Sequence record: SRR2962707_440
Length of the DNA stretch: 64,000 bases
Direction: 5' to 3' (one strand)
Both the position numbers and the translations under genes were made by a program. Shown piece by piece: positions 1 to 10,874 of the stretch (the stretch's first letter is position 1; every line of letters starts with the position of its first letter). Below the pieces are notes generated by a model. That model was not told where the DNA came from and made no database searches. It was given only the letters and a program-made list of their open reading frames with translations.

Positions 1-122
1 GGATTTGGGTTTGTCAAGTATAACAACGCCGAAACATTGCAAGAACAAAATGGCAACTGGTACGTCCTTAGGCTGCAATTTGGTTGCAGTCAGTTGCAGC
101 TAGAGAACAAAACCAGCCAAAT

Positions 123-1064
123 TTATTTGCGCTTTGCTTCAACGGCATCCCAGAAGAGTGCAGCAATGTCAGCACCACCGAATTTTTTCACTTCGCGCAC
201 GCCGGTTGGTGAGGTGACATTGATTTCGGTCATTAGACCACCAATCACGTCGATACCAACGAGCGTAAGGCCACGCTTTTCAAGCTCCGGTCCAATGCGG
301 GCGCAAATTTCCAATTCGCGTTCCGTCATCGTCGTTTCAACGGCTTGGCCGCCCACATGCATATTAGAACGCGTATCGCTCTCATCGGGCACGCGGTTAA
401 TCGCGCCGACCGGTTTGCCATCGATCAGCAAAATACGCTTATCGCCTTCGCGCACATCTTTAAGATAGCGCTGCGCAATAATCGGCTCACGTGTGAGCTG
501 GCCGAACATTTCCATCAATGAGGTGAGGTTTCTATCGCCATCACGTAGATGGAACACGCCCGCGCCGCCATTGCCGTAAAGTGGCTTGAGGATGATATCG
601 CCGTGTTTTTTGCGGAATGCGCGAATTTCATCCAGATCATGGGTAACGATGGTTTCTGGCATCAGATCGGCAAATTCCATCACAAATATTTTTTCCGGCG
701 CGTTACGCACAGAGCGTGGATTGTTGACCACCAACGTGTCGGGATGAACCATCTCCAACATATGCGTGGTGGTTATATAGTTCATATCGAACGGTGGGTC
801 TTGGCGCAGCAGCACGACATCAAGATCGCGCAGGATTGTGCGTTTTTTCTCGCCCAAAGTGTAATGGTCGCCCACAACATCGCGCACTTCCAGCTTTTCC
901 ATCGCCGCAGTCACATCGGTGCTGCTCATAGTCAGACGGTCTGGTGTAAAGTGATAAAGCTCATGGCCACGGGCCTGTGCTTCTAAACACAGCGCAAAGC
1001 TGGTGTCGCCGCCGATGGAAATATTTGCGATATGGTCCATCTGGACCCCGATTTTTAGCGCCAT
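123..1064 (-). CDS. gshB: Glutathione synthetase
   Basis: [10 protein letters not shown] start; [42 protein letters not shown]-grasp motifs. Confidence 0.97.
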   Translation of the reverse strand: MALKIGVQMDHIANISIGGDTSFALCLEAQARGHELYHFTPDRLTMSSTDVTAAMEKLEVRDVVGDHYTLGEKKRTILRDLDVVLLRQDPPFDMNYITTTHMLEMVHPDTLVVNNPRSVRNAPEKIFVMEFADLMPETIVTHDLDEIRAFRKKHGDIILKPLYGNGGAGVFHLRDGDRNLTSLMEMFGQLTREPIIAQRYLKDVREGDKRILLIDGKPVGAINRVPDESDTRSNMHVGGQAVETTMTERELEICARIGPELEKRGLTLVGIDVIGGLMTEINVTSPTGVREVKKFGGADIAALFWDAVEAKRK

Positions 1065-1093
1065 GATTTGCGTCCTATTGGTTGGTTTTTCCT

Positions 1094-1122
1094 AGGTGGG
1101 GCTTTTGTTTTCAAAAATCAAT
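1094..1122 (-). promoter_or_regulatory. Candidate RpoH (sigma32) promoter of gshB
   Basis: Minus strand ATTGAT-N15-CCCCACCT, resembles alphaproteobacterial CTTGAA-N15/16-CC(C/T)ATNT. Confidence 0.45.
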
Positions 1123-1133
1123 TGTAAAGGCGA

Positions 1134-1502
1134 TTATGGCGCGTAGATCGCAGCAATGTGAACCGGCCAGCGCCTTGGCAAAATAGCAATCAAATCATAA
1201 CGGATCGACAATTTGGCGTAATCCTTTTGTCGCGTCAGCCATTCATCGCCCGCAGCCTCAATGCGGCGCAAAGCGGTTTGCGTGACCGCATCCATCGCCT
1301 GTTCAAGCGTTGGGCGCGCTTTGACCTCAACCATCAGTATTAAATCACCACGGCGGGCGATTAAATCCACTTCCCCCGATTTGGTTTTGTAGCGTTTGGC
1401 AAGAATGCGAAAGCCTTTTAAACGCAGCGCCCAAGCGGCCAATTGCTCACCGCGATGGCCTTTATTATAGGCTGCTCGGCGCTTATCAGGGGCCTTAGCC
1501 AT
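1134..1502 (-). CDS. yraN: YraN family (UPF0102) putative endonuclease
   Basis: G..GE..AA..L..KG, GEVDLIA, VEVKAR, RYD motifs; next to rsmI. Confidence 0.9.
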   Translation of the reverse strand: MAKAPDKRRAAYNKGHRGEQLAAWALRLKGFRILAKRYKTKSGEVDLIARRGDLILMVEVKARPTLEQAMDAVTQTALRRIEAAGDEWLTRQKDYAKLSIRYDLIAILPRRWPVHIAAIYAP

Positions 1503-2403
1503 CGCTGTCTTTCAAAACGAGCAATCGCTTATAGAGATCGGATTTTTCCAAACCGGTCATGATTGCCGCTTCTTTTGCCGCTTTTGACGCAGACATTTCT
1601 TTTAAGAGTGACCGCAGCATGGTGTCGATATCATCTTCACTGGTGGCGCTGACTGCACTGGGCGCCGGCTCAATGAGAATAACGATTTCACCCTTTATTG
1701 TTTCATTAGCGAAATGATTTGATATTTCTCTCGCTTTTAAAGTGATTACGGTTTCGAATCTTTTGGTCAACTCACGGCCAACGCAGATCAGCCGATCCTC
1801 GCCCATAGTATCCGCAATGGCACGTAGAGACGCAGGTAAACGCGTTGGCGCCTCGAACGCAATCAAGGTTGAAGAGGCGTGAGCCAAGCCTTCAAGCATA
1901 TTGCGGCGTGCACCATCTTTATTGGGCAAAAAGCCGACAAAACGAAAATCATCCGATGGTAAACCCGATGCCGCCAAGCCGGCTAAAACTGCCGATGCGC
2001 CCGGAATGGGGATAACACGGTGGCCTGCGGCGCGGGCTTCTAGTCCAATGCGGTAGCCCGGGTCAGAGACAAGCGGCGTTCCAGCATCGGAAACCAAAGC
2101 AACGCTTTTTCCCGCCGCCAGCGCTTCAAGCAATTTTGGGCCGACTTTTTGTGCATTATGCTCATGATAAGCATAGGGGCGCTGTTTGATGCCATAACGA
2201 TCAAGCAGGCGGCGTGTCACGCGGGTGTCTTCGCAGGCCAGCACATCGCACGCGGCAATGGTTTCAAGGCCGCGAATGGTCATATCGCCCAAATTGCCGA
2301 TTGGCGTTGAAACCAGATAAAGCGCTGGATCAAGCGGGCTTGCGCCAATTTCATGGCCAGCAATGATAAAGCTCTTTTCGGTCATTTCATCTGCCGTGAT
2401 CAA
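1495..2403 (-). CDS. rsmI: 16S rRNA (cytidine1402-2'-O)-methyltransferase; ATG at 2385 is an alternative start
   Basis: [41 protein letters not shown]. Confidence 0.95.
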   Translation of the reverse strand: MITADEMTEKSFIIAGHEIGASPLDPALYLVSTPIGNLGDMTIRGLETIAACDVLACEDTRVTRRLLDRYGIKQRPYAYHEHNAQKVGPKLLEALAAGKSVALVSDAGTPLVSDPGYRIGLEARAAGHRVIPIPGASAVLAGLAASGLPSDDFRFVGFLPNKDGARRNMLEGLAHASSTLIAFEAPTRLPASLRAIADTMGEDRLICVGRELTKRFETVITLKAREISNHFANETIKGEIVILIEPAPSAVSATSEDDIDTMLRSLLKEMSASKAAKEAAIMTGLEKSDLYKRLLVLKDSDG

Positions 2404-3596
2404 TCTGCGAGTGTGGACACAAGTGTGTTCAGCACCATGCGACCAGATTGCGTTGCCCGCAAGCGCGTGTTGGAAATTGTCTCAATCAGGCCATCGGCGT
2501 GTAAATCATTTAATACATTTTGTTTTAAACCATGACCGGCCAATGTTTCATAGCGGGCGACATCCATGCCTTCAACAAGGCGCAAACCCATCAGCAGTAG
2601 TTCATCGGATTGTTGATGTTTGTCCAATGTCTCGCGCTCAACAATGCCGTGGCCCTGCGCAGCGACATTTTTCAGCCATGTCTCAGGCATGCGCTCGGTA
2701 ATCGTCACAGACTTTGTGCCATCTTGATTGGTAAAGCGGCCATGGGCGCCGGGGCCGATGCCGACATAATCGCCATAACGCCAATAGGTGAGGTTATGGC
2801 GCGATTCAGCACCCGGTTTTGCATAGTTCGATATTTCATAATTGGGCAGGCCGGCCGCCGCTGTCACCCGTTCAGTCACATCATAAAGATCGGCGGCGAG
2901 ATCATCGCTTGGGATAATAAGTTTTCCGGCTTTGTGGAGTGCTTTAAACGGCGTGCCATCTTCAATCGTCAACTGATAGAGCGACAAATGGTCGGCTGCA
3001 TAGGATATGGCTTGTTTAAGCTCCTCCTCCCACGCATCCAAAGTTTGCTTTGGCCGTGCATAAATCAGGTCAAAGGAAAGACGCGGGAAAATATCACGCG
3101 CCAAGCCGATGGCAATTTTGGCTTCCGCAACATTGTGTAGACGGCCCAAAAATTTGAGATCCGCATCATTGAGCGCTTGAACGCCCAGCGATACGCGGTT
3201 CACGCCCGCCGCGCGATATGCCTTAAAGCGGTTTGCCTCCACCGATGAGGGATTGGCTTCCATCGTGATTTCAATGCCATCCGGCACAGACCAAAACTGC
3301 GCGATGCCATTTAACAGGCGGTCAACGGTTTGCGGCTCCATGAGCGAGGGTGTGCCACCGCCAATAAAAATGCTTGTCACATCGCGTGGACCGGTCTGAT
3401 CGCGCATGGCCTTCATTTCCGTTAGAAACGCATCAACATAGACATTTTGGTCGACGGGCTTGTGGCGGACATGCGAATTGAAATCGCAATAGGGGCATTT
3501 GGCCGCGCAAAACGGCCAATGCAGATAGACACCGAAGCCGGGGCTTCCATCGTCGCCATTGACCACATCATTCTTGATAGCGTTTTTACTCAACAC
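2400..3596 (-). CDS. hemW: Radical SAM heme chaperone HemW (HemN-like)
   Basis: [18 protein letters not shown] (CxxxCxxC), GGGTPS, YEISNYA, HNLTYW; rph-rdgB-hemW order. Confidence 0.92.
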   Translation of the reverse strand: MLSKNAIKNDVVNGDDGSPGFGVYLHWPFCAAKCPYCDFNSHVRHKPVDQNVYVDAFLTEMKAMRDQTGPRDVTSIFIGGGTPSLMEPQTVDRLLNGIAQFWSVPDGIEITMEANPSSVEANRFKAYRAAGVNRVSLGVQALNDADLKFLGRLHNVAEAKIAIGLARDIFPRLSFDLIYARPKQTLDAWEEELKQAISYAADHLSLYQLTIEDGTPFKALHKAGKLIIPSDDLAADLYDVTERVTAAAGLPNYEISNYAKPGAESRHNLTYWRYGDYVGIGPGAHGRFTNQDGTKSVTITERMPETWLKNVAAQGHGIVERETLDKHQQSDELLLMGLRLVEGMDVARYETLAGHGLKQNVLNDLHADGLIETISNTRLRATQSGRMVLNTLVSTLAD

Positions 3597-4236
3597 CTAG
3601 CGCTTTTTTCGCAAAGAGTTGAAAAGCGCGGGCGCGGTGGGACAAAGCTTCTTTGTCGCCCGGTTTCCAGCCATGTTTTTCCGTCGCCGTCATTTCGCCG
3701 AACGTGCGGGTATGGCCATCGGGCATAAAAACCGGATCGTAGCCAAAACCATCATCACCGCGCGGTGGCCAGACAAGGTGACCCTTTGCTTGGCCGACAT
3801 AAAATTCGCAATGCCCATCAGGCCAAGCAAGGCAAAGCGTTGCATTAAATGAGCCTGTGCGCTGCTCGGGCGCTGTTGCGCCTGCTGCTTGCAGTTTTTC
3901 TTCAACATTGCGCATTGCCATGGCAAAATCGCGCGTGCCATCAGGCAATTCGGCCCAATCAGCGGTGAAAACACCTGGATCACCATCGAGCGCATCAACG
4001 CAGAGGCCGCTATCATCTGATAGCGCCGGAAGGCCTGTCGCCTCCATCGCCGCAATCGCTTTAACGCGGGCATTGTGCTCAAAAGTTACGCCGTCTTCGA
4101 CAGGTTCTTTAAGGCCCAACTCACCAGCAGACACGACATCAAAGCCAAATGGCCCAATCAAATCGCGAATTTCTGCCAATTTGCCCGCATTGTGCGTGGC
4201 AATGACCAATTTACCTGGTTCTAGACGGCGTGCCAT
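3586..4236 (-). CDS. rdgB: Non-canonical purine NTP pyrophosphatase (HAM1/RdgB)
   Basis: ATHNAGK, DDSGL, GFGYDP, SHRARA motifs. Confidence 0.95.
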   Translation of the reverse strand: MARRLEPGKLVIATHNAGKLAEIRDLIGPFGFDVVSAGELGLKEPVEDGVTFEHNARVKAIAAMEATGLPALSDDSGLCVDALDGDPGVFTADWAELPDGTRDFAMAMRNVEEKLQAAGATAPEQRTGSFNATLCLAWPDGHCEFYVGQAKGHLVWPPRGDDGFGYDPVFMPDGHTRTFGEMTATEKHGWKPGDKEALSHRARAFQLFAKKALGVE

Positions 4237-4961
4237 TATTCAAGTCCCAATACTTGTTTTTGCATATCAACCAATTGCTTAATCGCGCTATCGGCCATGC
4301 CATAAAGCCTATCAAATTCATCGCGGCTAAACGGTGCGCCTTCGGCGGTGCCTTGAATTTCCACAATGCCGCCGGAGCCGGTCATCACGAAGTTTGCATC
4401 TGTTTCAGCTGTTGAATCTTCTGCGTAATCAAGGTCAGTGACTGCTTCACCTTCGTAAATGCCGCAGGATACAGCTGCAATATGATCTTTAATAACGCGG
4501 GTTTTTGATGCCATTTGGCGCGAATGCATCCAATCAAGGCAATCATAAAGCGCGATAAATGCGCCCGTGATCGAAGCTGTTCGTGTGCCGCCGTCAGCTT
4601 GAATAACATCACAATCGATTGTGATCTGACGTTCGCCAAGCGCTTCAAGATCAACGATGGCACGCATAGAGCGGCCAATCAGGCGCTGAATTTCTTGCGT
4701 ACGGCCACTTTGTTTGCCCGATGCTGCTTCGCGGCGCATGCGATCACCCGTTGCGCGTGGCAACATGCCATATTCAGCTGTTACCCAGCCTTTACCGGTA
4801 TTGCGCATCCAGCCTGGAACGCGCTCTTCCAAGCTTGCGGTACACAAAACATGGGTGTCGCCAAATTTGACGAGGCATGAACCTTCCGCATGTTTAGAAA
4901 AACCGCGCTCAAAGCTAACAGCACGCATTTGGTCTGGCATTCTTCCTGATGGGCGTTTCAT
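4236..4961 (-). CDS. rph: Ribonuclease PH
   Basis: [40 protein letters not shown]. Confidence 0.97.
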   Translation of the reverse strand: MKRPSGRMPDQMRAVSFERGFSKHAEGSCLVKFGDTHVLCTASLEERVPGWMRNTGKGWVTAEYGMLPRATGDRMRREAASGKQSGRTQEIQRLIGRSMRAIVDLEALGERQITIDCDVIQADGGTRTASITGAFIALYDCLDWMHSRQMASKTRVIKDHIAAVSCGIYEGEAVTDLDYAEDSTAETDANFVMTGSGGIVEIQGTAEGAPFSRDEFDRLYGMADSAIKQLVDMQKQVLGLE

Positions 4962-5113
4962 AAGTACCTCATATTCACATTGGTCTATTCAAATTCGATT
5001 GAAGGCACTGTCTAATCGAAGACAATGCATATGCATAGAGCATTGCGCCCCTTTTACAGTAGAGTATGAAGTGCCTATATAGATGCGTACACATATTTGA
5101 TCACAGGATGACG

Positions 5114-6187
5114 ATGGTCATTTCACCAAAAGATTTGCTTCAGGGACTTGATGAGCGCTCGCAGGATATATTCCGGCGCATTGTCGAAGGCTATTTGGAT
5201 GCTGGTGAACCAATGGGTTCCCGCAATCTGGCAAAACTGCTGCCGAATGGCCTATCGCCAGCTTCTGTGCGCAATGTGATGAGCGATCTCGAACAATTAG
5301 GATTGATCTACTCACCGCATATTTCAGCAGGGCGATTGCCAACCGAGCAAGGTCTTCGGTTTTTTGTTGATGCCTTTATGGAAAGCGGCGAGCCCAATGA
5401 GACTGAACGCCAACTGATCCAAAAGCAACTTCATAGCGAAATACCTGACCAAGAAACCGATGCGCTTTTGACCGGCGCAAGCACGATGCTGAGCCACATA
5501 TCAAAAGGCGCTGGCCTTGTTGTGGCGACTAATCGCGAAGAAGCGATGAAACATATTGAGTTTGTGCGCCTTGAAGAAACCAAAGCGCTGGCCATCATTG
5601 TCTGGGAATCAGGCGAAGTTGAAAACCGTGTTGTCGAATTGCCGGTCGGTATTATGGCTTCGCAATTGGCTGAAGCGAGCAATTTCCTCAATCACAATGT
5701 GCGCGGGCAAACGCTGAATGAAGCACGCATAAGCATTGATAAACGCCGCGCGCAAACACGTATGGAATTGGATGCGCTCAGCGCTGATTTGGTTGATCGC
5801 GGGCTTGCAGTTTGGTCTGGTGGTAATCGCAGCGCGCCGTCGCAGCTCATCGTGCGCGGGCGTTCTAACCTGCTTCAAAATTTGGATGATGCCGCCGATG
5901 TTGAGCGCATCAAATTGCTGCTTGATGATTTGGAACGCAAGGAAGAGATTATCCATCTGCTGAACATGGCAGAGGGTGGTTCAGGCGTTAAAATATTTAT
6001 CGGGTCGGAAAACCGGCTGTTTTCTCTGTCAGGTTCGTCGCTTGTTGTTGCGCCTTACCGTGATTCCAATCGCCGCGTTATCGGGGCTTTAGGGGTCATT
6101 GGACCAACGCGGCTTAACTATGCGCGCATTGTGCCGATGGTAGACTATACAGCACAGTTGATTTCTAAAATGATCGAGCGCCAATAG
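5114..6187 (+). CDS. hrcA: Heat-inducible transcription repressor HrcA; start placed at the ATG after AGGA
   Basis: SPASVRNVMSDLE, PHISAGRLPT, IGSEN, GVIGPTRLNY; upstream of grpE. Confidence 0.95.
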   Translation: MVISPKDLLQGLDERSQDIFRRIVEGYLDAGEPMGSRNLAKLLPNGLSPASVRNVMSDLEQLGLIYSPHISAGRLPTEQGLRFFVDAFMESGEPNETERQLIQKQLHSEIPDQETDALLTGASTMLSHISKGAGLVVATNREEAMKHIEFVRLEETKALAIIVWESGEVENRVVELPVGIMASQLAEASNFLNHNVRGQTLNEARISIDKRRAQTRMELDALSADLVDRGLAVWSGGNRSAPSQLIVRGRSNLLQNLDDAADVERIKLLLDDLERKEEIIHLLNMAEGGSGVKIFIGSENRLFSLSGSSLVVAPYRDSNRRVIGALGVIGPTRLNYARIVPMVDYTAQLISKMIERQ

Positions 6188-6227
6188 GACTGCGAAGTGA
6201 TTAATCCAGATGAATTGGCCCTTTGGG

Positions 6228-6257
6228 GTTGATTTTTGCCGCTCTACACTCGATATG
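6228..6257 (+). promoter_or_regulatory. Candidate RpoH promoter of grpE
   Basis: GTTGAT-N15-CTCGATATG about 40 nt before the ATG. Confidence 0.5.
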
Positions 6258-6297
6258 CACAGACGCTTAAATATACCGACAATTTTGATGGATTCTT

Positions 6298-7047
6298 ATG
6301 ATGGCTAATGAAACAAACACGCCCGAAGATGGCGCAAGCCCTAGCAGCCGCGAACGCTTACGCAAAGCTGCAGACGAATTGTTGAAAGCCGATCGCACTG
6401 TGCGTCGCCGCGAAGCTGCAGCAAATGCTGACAGTTTTGCCGATATGGACGAAAACGATTTTGATGAAGATGGCAATTGGATTGGCGAAGATCCAAGCAC
6501 CGATGGTGAGCCAGAAATCAATCCTGTCGAAACCATTGTTGCGGAAAACGCCGAGCTTAAAGACCGTATGTTGCGCCTAGCCGCGGATATGGAAAATCTG
6601 CGCCGCCGCACACAGCGCGAAGTGGCTGATGCGAAGTCTTTTGCTGTAGCAAATTTTGCCCGCGATATGCTGGCTGTGTCAGACAATTTGCGCCGCGCAC
6701 TCGAAGCGGTGACCGACGAGCAAAAAGATGCGGGCGGCGATGCGCTTAAAAACCTGCTTGAGGGCGTTGATATTACTGAACGCTCTATGATGAGCACGAT
6801 GGAACGTCACGGCGTTAAAAAGCTGGAACCTGAAGGCCAAAAATTTGACCCTAATTTCCATCAAGCCATGTTTGAGGTGCCAAATCCTCAGGTGCCAAAT
6901 AACACGGTTGTTCAGGTGGTGCAGGCTGGTTACCGCATTGGCGAACGTATGCTGCGCCCCGCGATGGTTGGCGTTGCTAAAGGCGGACCAAAAGCATCAG
7001 ATTTAGAAGCCAAACCTGACGGCTCTGATTCTGAACCATCCGCTTAA
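6298..7047 (+). CDS. grpE: Nucleotide exchange factor GrpE
   Basis: [45 protein letters not shown]. Confidence 0.97.
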   Translation: MMANETNTPEDGASPSSRERLRKAADELLKADRTVRRREAAANADSFADMDENDFDEDGNWIGEDPSTDGEPEINPVETIVAENAELKDRMLRLAADMENLRRRTQREVADAKSFAVANFARDMLAVSDNLRRALEAVTDEQKDAGGDALKNLLEGVDITERSMMSTMERHGVKKLEPEGQKFDPNFHQAMFEVPNPQVPNNTVVQVVQAGYRIGERMLRPAMVGVAKGGPKASDLEAKPDGSDSEPSA

Positions 7048-7053
7048 ATCGGC

Positions 7054-7689
7054 GTGAACACTTTACAAATTCTCGACTATGCCGGTGTTGCGGTTTTTGC
7101 CGCCGCCGGCTCTCTTGCTGCTTCGCGTAAACAGCTAGACATTATCGGCTTTATCTTTTTTGCTACGATCACAGGGATTGGCGGCGGCACGTTGCGCGAT
7201 CTATTGTTAAACAACGGTCCAATTTTTTGGATCGCTAACCCGGCCTATATTTTGGTTTGCGCAAGCATTGCCATTGTTGCCTATTTTACCGCACATCTGA
7301 TTGAGAGCCGTTACAAGGTTCTGCTGTGGCTCGATGCTATCGGTATTTCTGCCTATGCGGTTATGGGCAGCGCGAAGGGATATGCGGCAACAGGTTCTGT
7401 TACCGTCGCCATATTAATGGGCGTGATGACGGCGACATTTGGCGGCATTTTGCGTGACGTATTGGCCAATGAAACATCCGTTTTATTGCGGCCAGAAATC
7501 TATGTGACGGCGACCATGCTTGGCGCGGCGGCTTATATCGTTGCAACGATCTTGGGCCTTGGATTGCTACCTGCTGCTGCGATCGGATTTACAGCGACTA
7601 TTATCGTGCGCGGCGGCGCTTTGATATTTGGTTGGTCAATGCCAACTTATAAAGCGCGTCCGGGCAGAGACCCGGACGATATTCTGTAA
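7054..7689 (+). CDS. Trimeric intracellular cation channel (TRIC/UPF0126) family membrane protein
   Basis: Duplicated GIGGGTLRDLL / TFGGILRDVL repeats, about 7 hydrophobic segments, GTG start. Confidence 0.88.
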   Translation: MNTLQILDYAGVAVFAAAGSLAASRKQLDIIGFIFFATITGIGGGTLRDLLLNNGPIFWIANPAYILVCASIAIVAYFTAHLIESRYKVLLWLDAIGISAYAVMGSAKGYAATGSVTVAILMGVMTATFGGILRDVLANETSVLLRPEIYVTATMLGAAAYIVATILGLGLLPAAAIGFTATIIVRGGALIFGWSMPTYKARPGRDPDDIL

Positions 7690-7691
7690 GA

Positions 7692-8690
7692 TTAAACTTC
7701 AATCAGACCCGCATCAATGGCGGCTTGTTTGAGCGAAATTTGCGGACGCGGGCCGATATGTTGGACGACGATACCGGCTGCCAACGAGCCAAGTTTGCCG
7801 CATGTTTCCAAATCCAGATTTTGTGCAAGACCGTGCAAGACGCCTGCGGCATATAGATCGCCTGCCCCCGTCGTATCGACAAGCTCATGAATTTCGATGG
7901 CATCAATGTGATGGGTTTCATCGCCTTGAATGATGAGCGAACCGTTTTCACCGCGTGTAACGGCGGCCAGTGCGCAATCTTTGCGCAGAGCTTCAACCGC
8001 AGTGTCAAAATCAGCTGTTTGATAGAGCGATTTTACCTCTTCGGTATTGGCAAACACGATGTCGACCGTGCCAGATCTTAAAAGTTCGAGAAATTCATCG
8101 CGATAACGGTCCACACAAAATGAGTCCGAAAGGCTCATAGCAACCTTATTGCCATTGGCATGAGCAAGATCTGCTGTTTTGCGGATCGCCTCTTTAGCCA
8201 ATGGGGGGTCCCACAAATAGCCTTCAAAATAGACGATGCCTGAATTAGCAGCCTTGTCTTCTTCAACATCATCGGGCGTCAATTCTACACAGGCACCCAA
8301 GTAAGTGTTCATAGAACGCTCACCGTCAGGCGTAACAAAAATCATAGAGCGCGCTGTCGGCGGTGTTTGTTCAAGTGGTTTTGTATCAAAGGCAACACCT
8401 TGAGCGCGAATATCGTGGTAATAAATATCGCCTAGCTGATCCGATGCAACTTTGCCGAAAAATGCCGCTGTGCTGCCAAGGTTTGCAGCACCGGCCGCTG
8501 TGTTTCCCGCGCTTCCACCAGATGTTTCAATGGCAGGGCCCATGCGGCTGTATAGGAGTTCACCGCGCTCGGCATCGATCAAATTCATCGCGCCTTTGAT
8601 GATATTGTTTTCGGTGAGAAACGCATCGTCGGTACGCGCGATGATATCCACGATTGCATTGCCAATGCAGAGTAAGTCGAATTTTGCCAT
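7692..8690 (-). CDS. PfkB-family kinase, probably adenosine kinase
   Basis: IGNAIVD, GGSAGNT, DGERSMNTYLG, DTTGAGDLYAAG; start taken at MAKFDLL. Confidence 0.85.
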   Translation of the reverse strand: MAKFDLLCIGNAIVDIIARTDDAFLTENNIIKGAMNLIDAERGELLYSRMGPAIETSGGSAGNTAAGAANLGSTAAFFGKVASDQLGDIYYHDIRAQGVAFDTKPLEQTPPTARSMIFVTPDGERSMNTYLGACVELTPDDVEEDKAANSGIVYFEGYLWDPPLAKEAIRKTADLAHANGNKVAMSLSDSFCVDRYRDEFLELLRSGTVDIVFANTEEVKSLYQTADFDTAVEALRKDCALAAVTRGENGSLIIQGDETHHIDAIEIHELVDTTGAGDLYAAGVLHGLAQNLDLETCGKLGSLAAGIVVQHIGPRPQISLKQAAIDAGLIEV

Positions 8691-8806
8691 GAAGCCGGTC
8701 CAGTTAAGTTTCATGGGCTTTAGCCCAGCTTGACCATGAATAAAAGGCTTAGAGGTCAGATTTAATGGCGCTTGCAATCAAGCAATTCTCACCCCATTTA
8801 GATCCC

Positions 8807-9517
8807 ATGTTAATGACAGCTGCACGAAACGCCCTTGGCGAATTATTTGATCCGCGTTTGCGCCAAGTGTTTTGGAAAACACTGGGCCTGACGATTGTTG
8901 CGCTGATGGTGGTCTGGAAAATTCTTGAAGCGCTTGTCACCAGCTTTGCCATTCCGTTTTTGTCTACTTGGGTTGCTGCGATCAGCCAACCTGAGTGGGG
9001 CAGTACAATTGGCTTTTTTGCGTCCATCATTGCGGGCATTGGCATCGCTATTGGCGTAACATTTCTGCTTGGTCCCGTGAGCGCGGCGATTGCTGGTCTG
9101 TTTTTGGATGACGTGGCCGAACATGTCGAACAGCAGGACTATCCAAATGATCCGCCCGGCACAGCGATGCCCATTGGCGAATCAATTGTTTTATCGCTGC
9201 GGTTTTTTGCGATTATGATTGCGGGAAACTTAATTGCACTCGTGCTATTGCTCGTTCCAGGCGTCAACCTCATCGCGTTTTTTGCGATCAATGGCTATCT
9301 GCTTGGCCGCGAATATTTTGAATTTGCCGCGCGCCGTCACAATGATGAATTAGCAACGCGGCAATTGCGTTCACGCTATTCCGGCACAGTGATCCTAGGC
9401 GGTTTTATCATCGCCGGATTTATGACCATCCCCATCGTCAACTTGCTAACGCCGCTGTTTGGCGCGGCGCTGATGGTGCATTTATATAAGGGCATCGCGG
9501 CAAAAACTGGCGTATAA
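8807..9517 (+). CDS. CysZ/EI24-like membrane protein
   Basis: LFLDDVAEHVE..DYP, NGYLLGREYFE, IPIVNLLTP. Confidence 0.8.
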   Translation: MLMTAARNALGELFDPRLRQVFWKTLGLTIVALMVVWKILEALVTSFAIPFLSTWVAAISQPEWGSTIGFFASIIAGIGIAIGVTFLLGPVSAAIAGLFLDDVAEHVEQQDYPNDPPGTAMPIGESIVLSLRFFAIMIAGNLIALVLLLVPGVNLIAFFAINGYLLGREYFEFAARRHNDELATRQLRSRYSGTVILGGFIIAGFMTIPIVNLLTPLFGAALMVHLYKGIAAKTGV

Positions 9518-10279
9518 CTATTCAATAATTTGCTGCGGTAACTCGACCGGCACGGCGGGAATATCCGTCGTTTTTTCTTTCGATTTACAAATATCGGCAA
9601 TGACACACAGTTCGCATTCTGGACGGCGCGCTTTGCAGCAATAGCGGCCGTGCAAAATTAGCCAGTGATGAGCATGATACAGATATTGCTCGGGAATGAT
9701 TTTCATCAAAATCGCTTCGACATCATCGGGTGTATCAGCAGGGGCAAGGCCAATACGTTTGCCGATACGCAAGATATGCGTGTCCACCGCCATGGTTGGA
9801 ATGCCAAAGGCCATCGACATCACCACATTGGCTGTTTTGCGTCCGACACCCGGCAATGTGACTAATTCCTCACGCGTTTGCGGGACGACTGATCCAAAAT
9901 CATCAATCAGCTTTTGCGACAGAAGAATGACGTTCTTCGCCTTATTGCGCCAAAGACCAATGGTGCGGATATACTCACCAACTTTTTCTTCACCCAGCGC
10001 CACCATTTTTTCCGGCGTATCAGCAATTTTGAATAGCGCGCGCGTCGCGCGGTTTACCCCGGCATCCGTTGCTTGCGCTGACAACGCGACTGCGACAACC
10101 AATGTAAACGGGTTCACATGCGCAAGCTCGCCCTTCGGTTCTGGTCGCTGAATTGAAAAGCGCCGAAAAATCTCGGCTATTTCTTCAGGTGAATATTTCG
10201 TGCGCGGCAAACGCTTTTTGATTCGCCCCGTTTTTTTCGGTTTGGCACCTGCGGCTATTTTTCCATTTCCGATTGGCAT
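9518..10279 (-). CDS. nth: Endonuclease III
   Basis: LSAQATD, HhH LPGVGRKTANVV, VDTH, C-terminal Cx6Cx2Cx5C Fe-S motif. Confidence 0.96.
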   Translation of the reverse strand: MPIGNGKIAAGAKPKKTGRIKKRLPRTKYSPEEIAEIFRRFSIQRPEPKGELAHVNPFTLVVAVALSAQATDAGVNRATRALFKIADTPEKMVALGEEKVGEYIRTIGLWRNKAKNVILLSQKLIDDFGSVVPQTREELVTLPGVGRKTANVVMSMAFGIPTMAVDTHILRIGKRIGLAPADTPDDVEAILMKIIPEQYLYHAHHWLILHGRYCCKARRPECELCVIADICKSKEKTTDIPAVPVELPQQIIE

Positions 10280-10300
10280 GAGTTCCTATATTCTTCTTTC

Positions 10301-10804
10301 ATGAGCACAGCAGATTTTGACATAGGCGCTGATGATACGGGTGAAAACCCGATTCTTGCTGCCCATTTGATGCCACATCGTTCCTTATCACAACGCGGCT
10401 TTGGCATTTTAATGATTTTTGTCGCTTTAATATGCGCATCCAACGCGATTTTTTATCAGAAATTAGGTGCGTGGCCGGTGGCGCTGTTTTTCTTTATTGA
10501 TGTCGCCCTTCTCTATTTCGCGTTCAAATTAAGCTATCGCTCCGGCCGCATGCGCGAAGAAATCACTGTTTCACGTGACGCACTGAAAGTGAAGAAAATC
10601 GCGGCCAATGGCAAAAGCCGCGAGCATATTTACAATCCCTATTGGGCGAAATTTCAAGTGGAGCGCGATGACGAGATCGGCATCACCTCGATGATAATCA
10701 CCGGCGAAGGGTATCAATCGACCATCGGTTCATTTCTAAATCCGGATGATCGCGAAAGCTTTGCCAATGCCTTCATGGCAGCGCTGGCCAAGGCCAAAAA
10801 ATAA
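10301..10804 (+). CDS. DUF2244-family membrane protein
   Basis: L.PHRSLS..GF, GAWPV, IGSFLNPDDRESFA. Confidence 0.8.
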   Translation: MSTADFDIGADDTGENPILAAHLMPHRSLSQRGFGILMIFVALICASNAIFYQKLGAWPVALFFFIDVALLYFAFKLSYRSGRMREEITVSRDALKVKKIAANGKSREHIYNPYWAKFQVERDDEIGITSMIITGEGYQSTIGSFLNPDDRESFANAFMAALAKAKK

Positions 10805-10874
10805 GTAGCAAGTTTCGGGTGGCAGCTTTTTATTGGGCATGGTCATATCGCATCATGTAAAATCGAGGAATGCC

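Noticed and set aside
4962-6297. CIRCE element near hrcA/grpE
   Set aside because: No TTAGCACTC-N9-GAGTGCTAA seen; only a weak TTCGATT/AATCGAA repeat near 4994-5020
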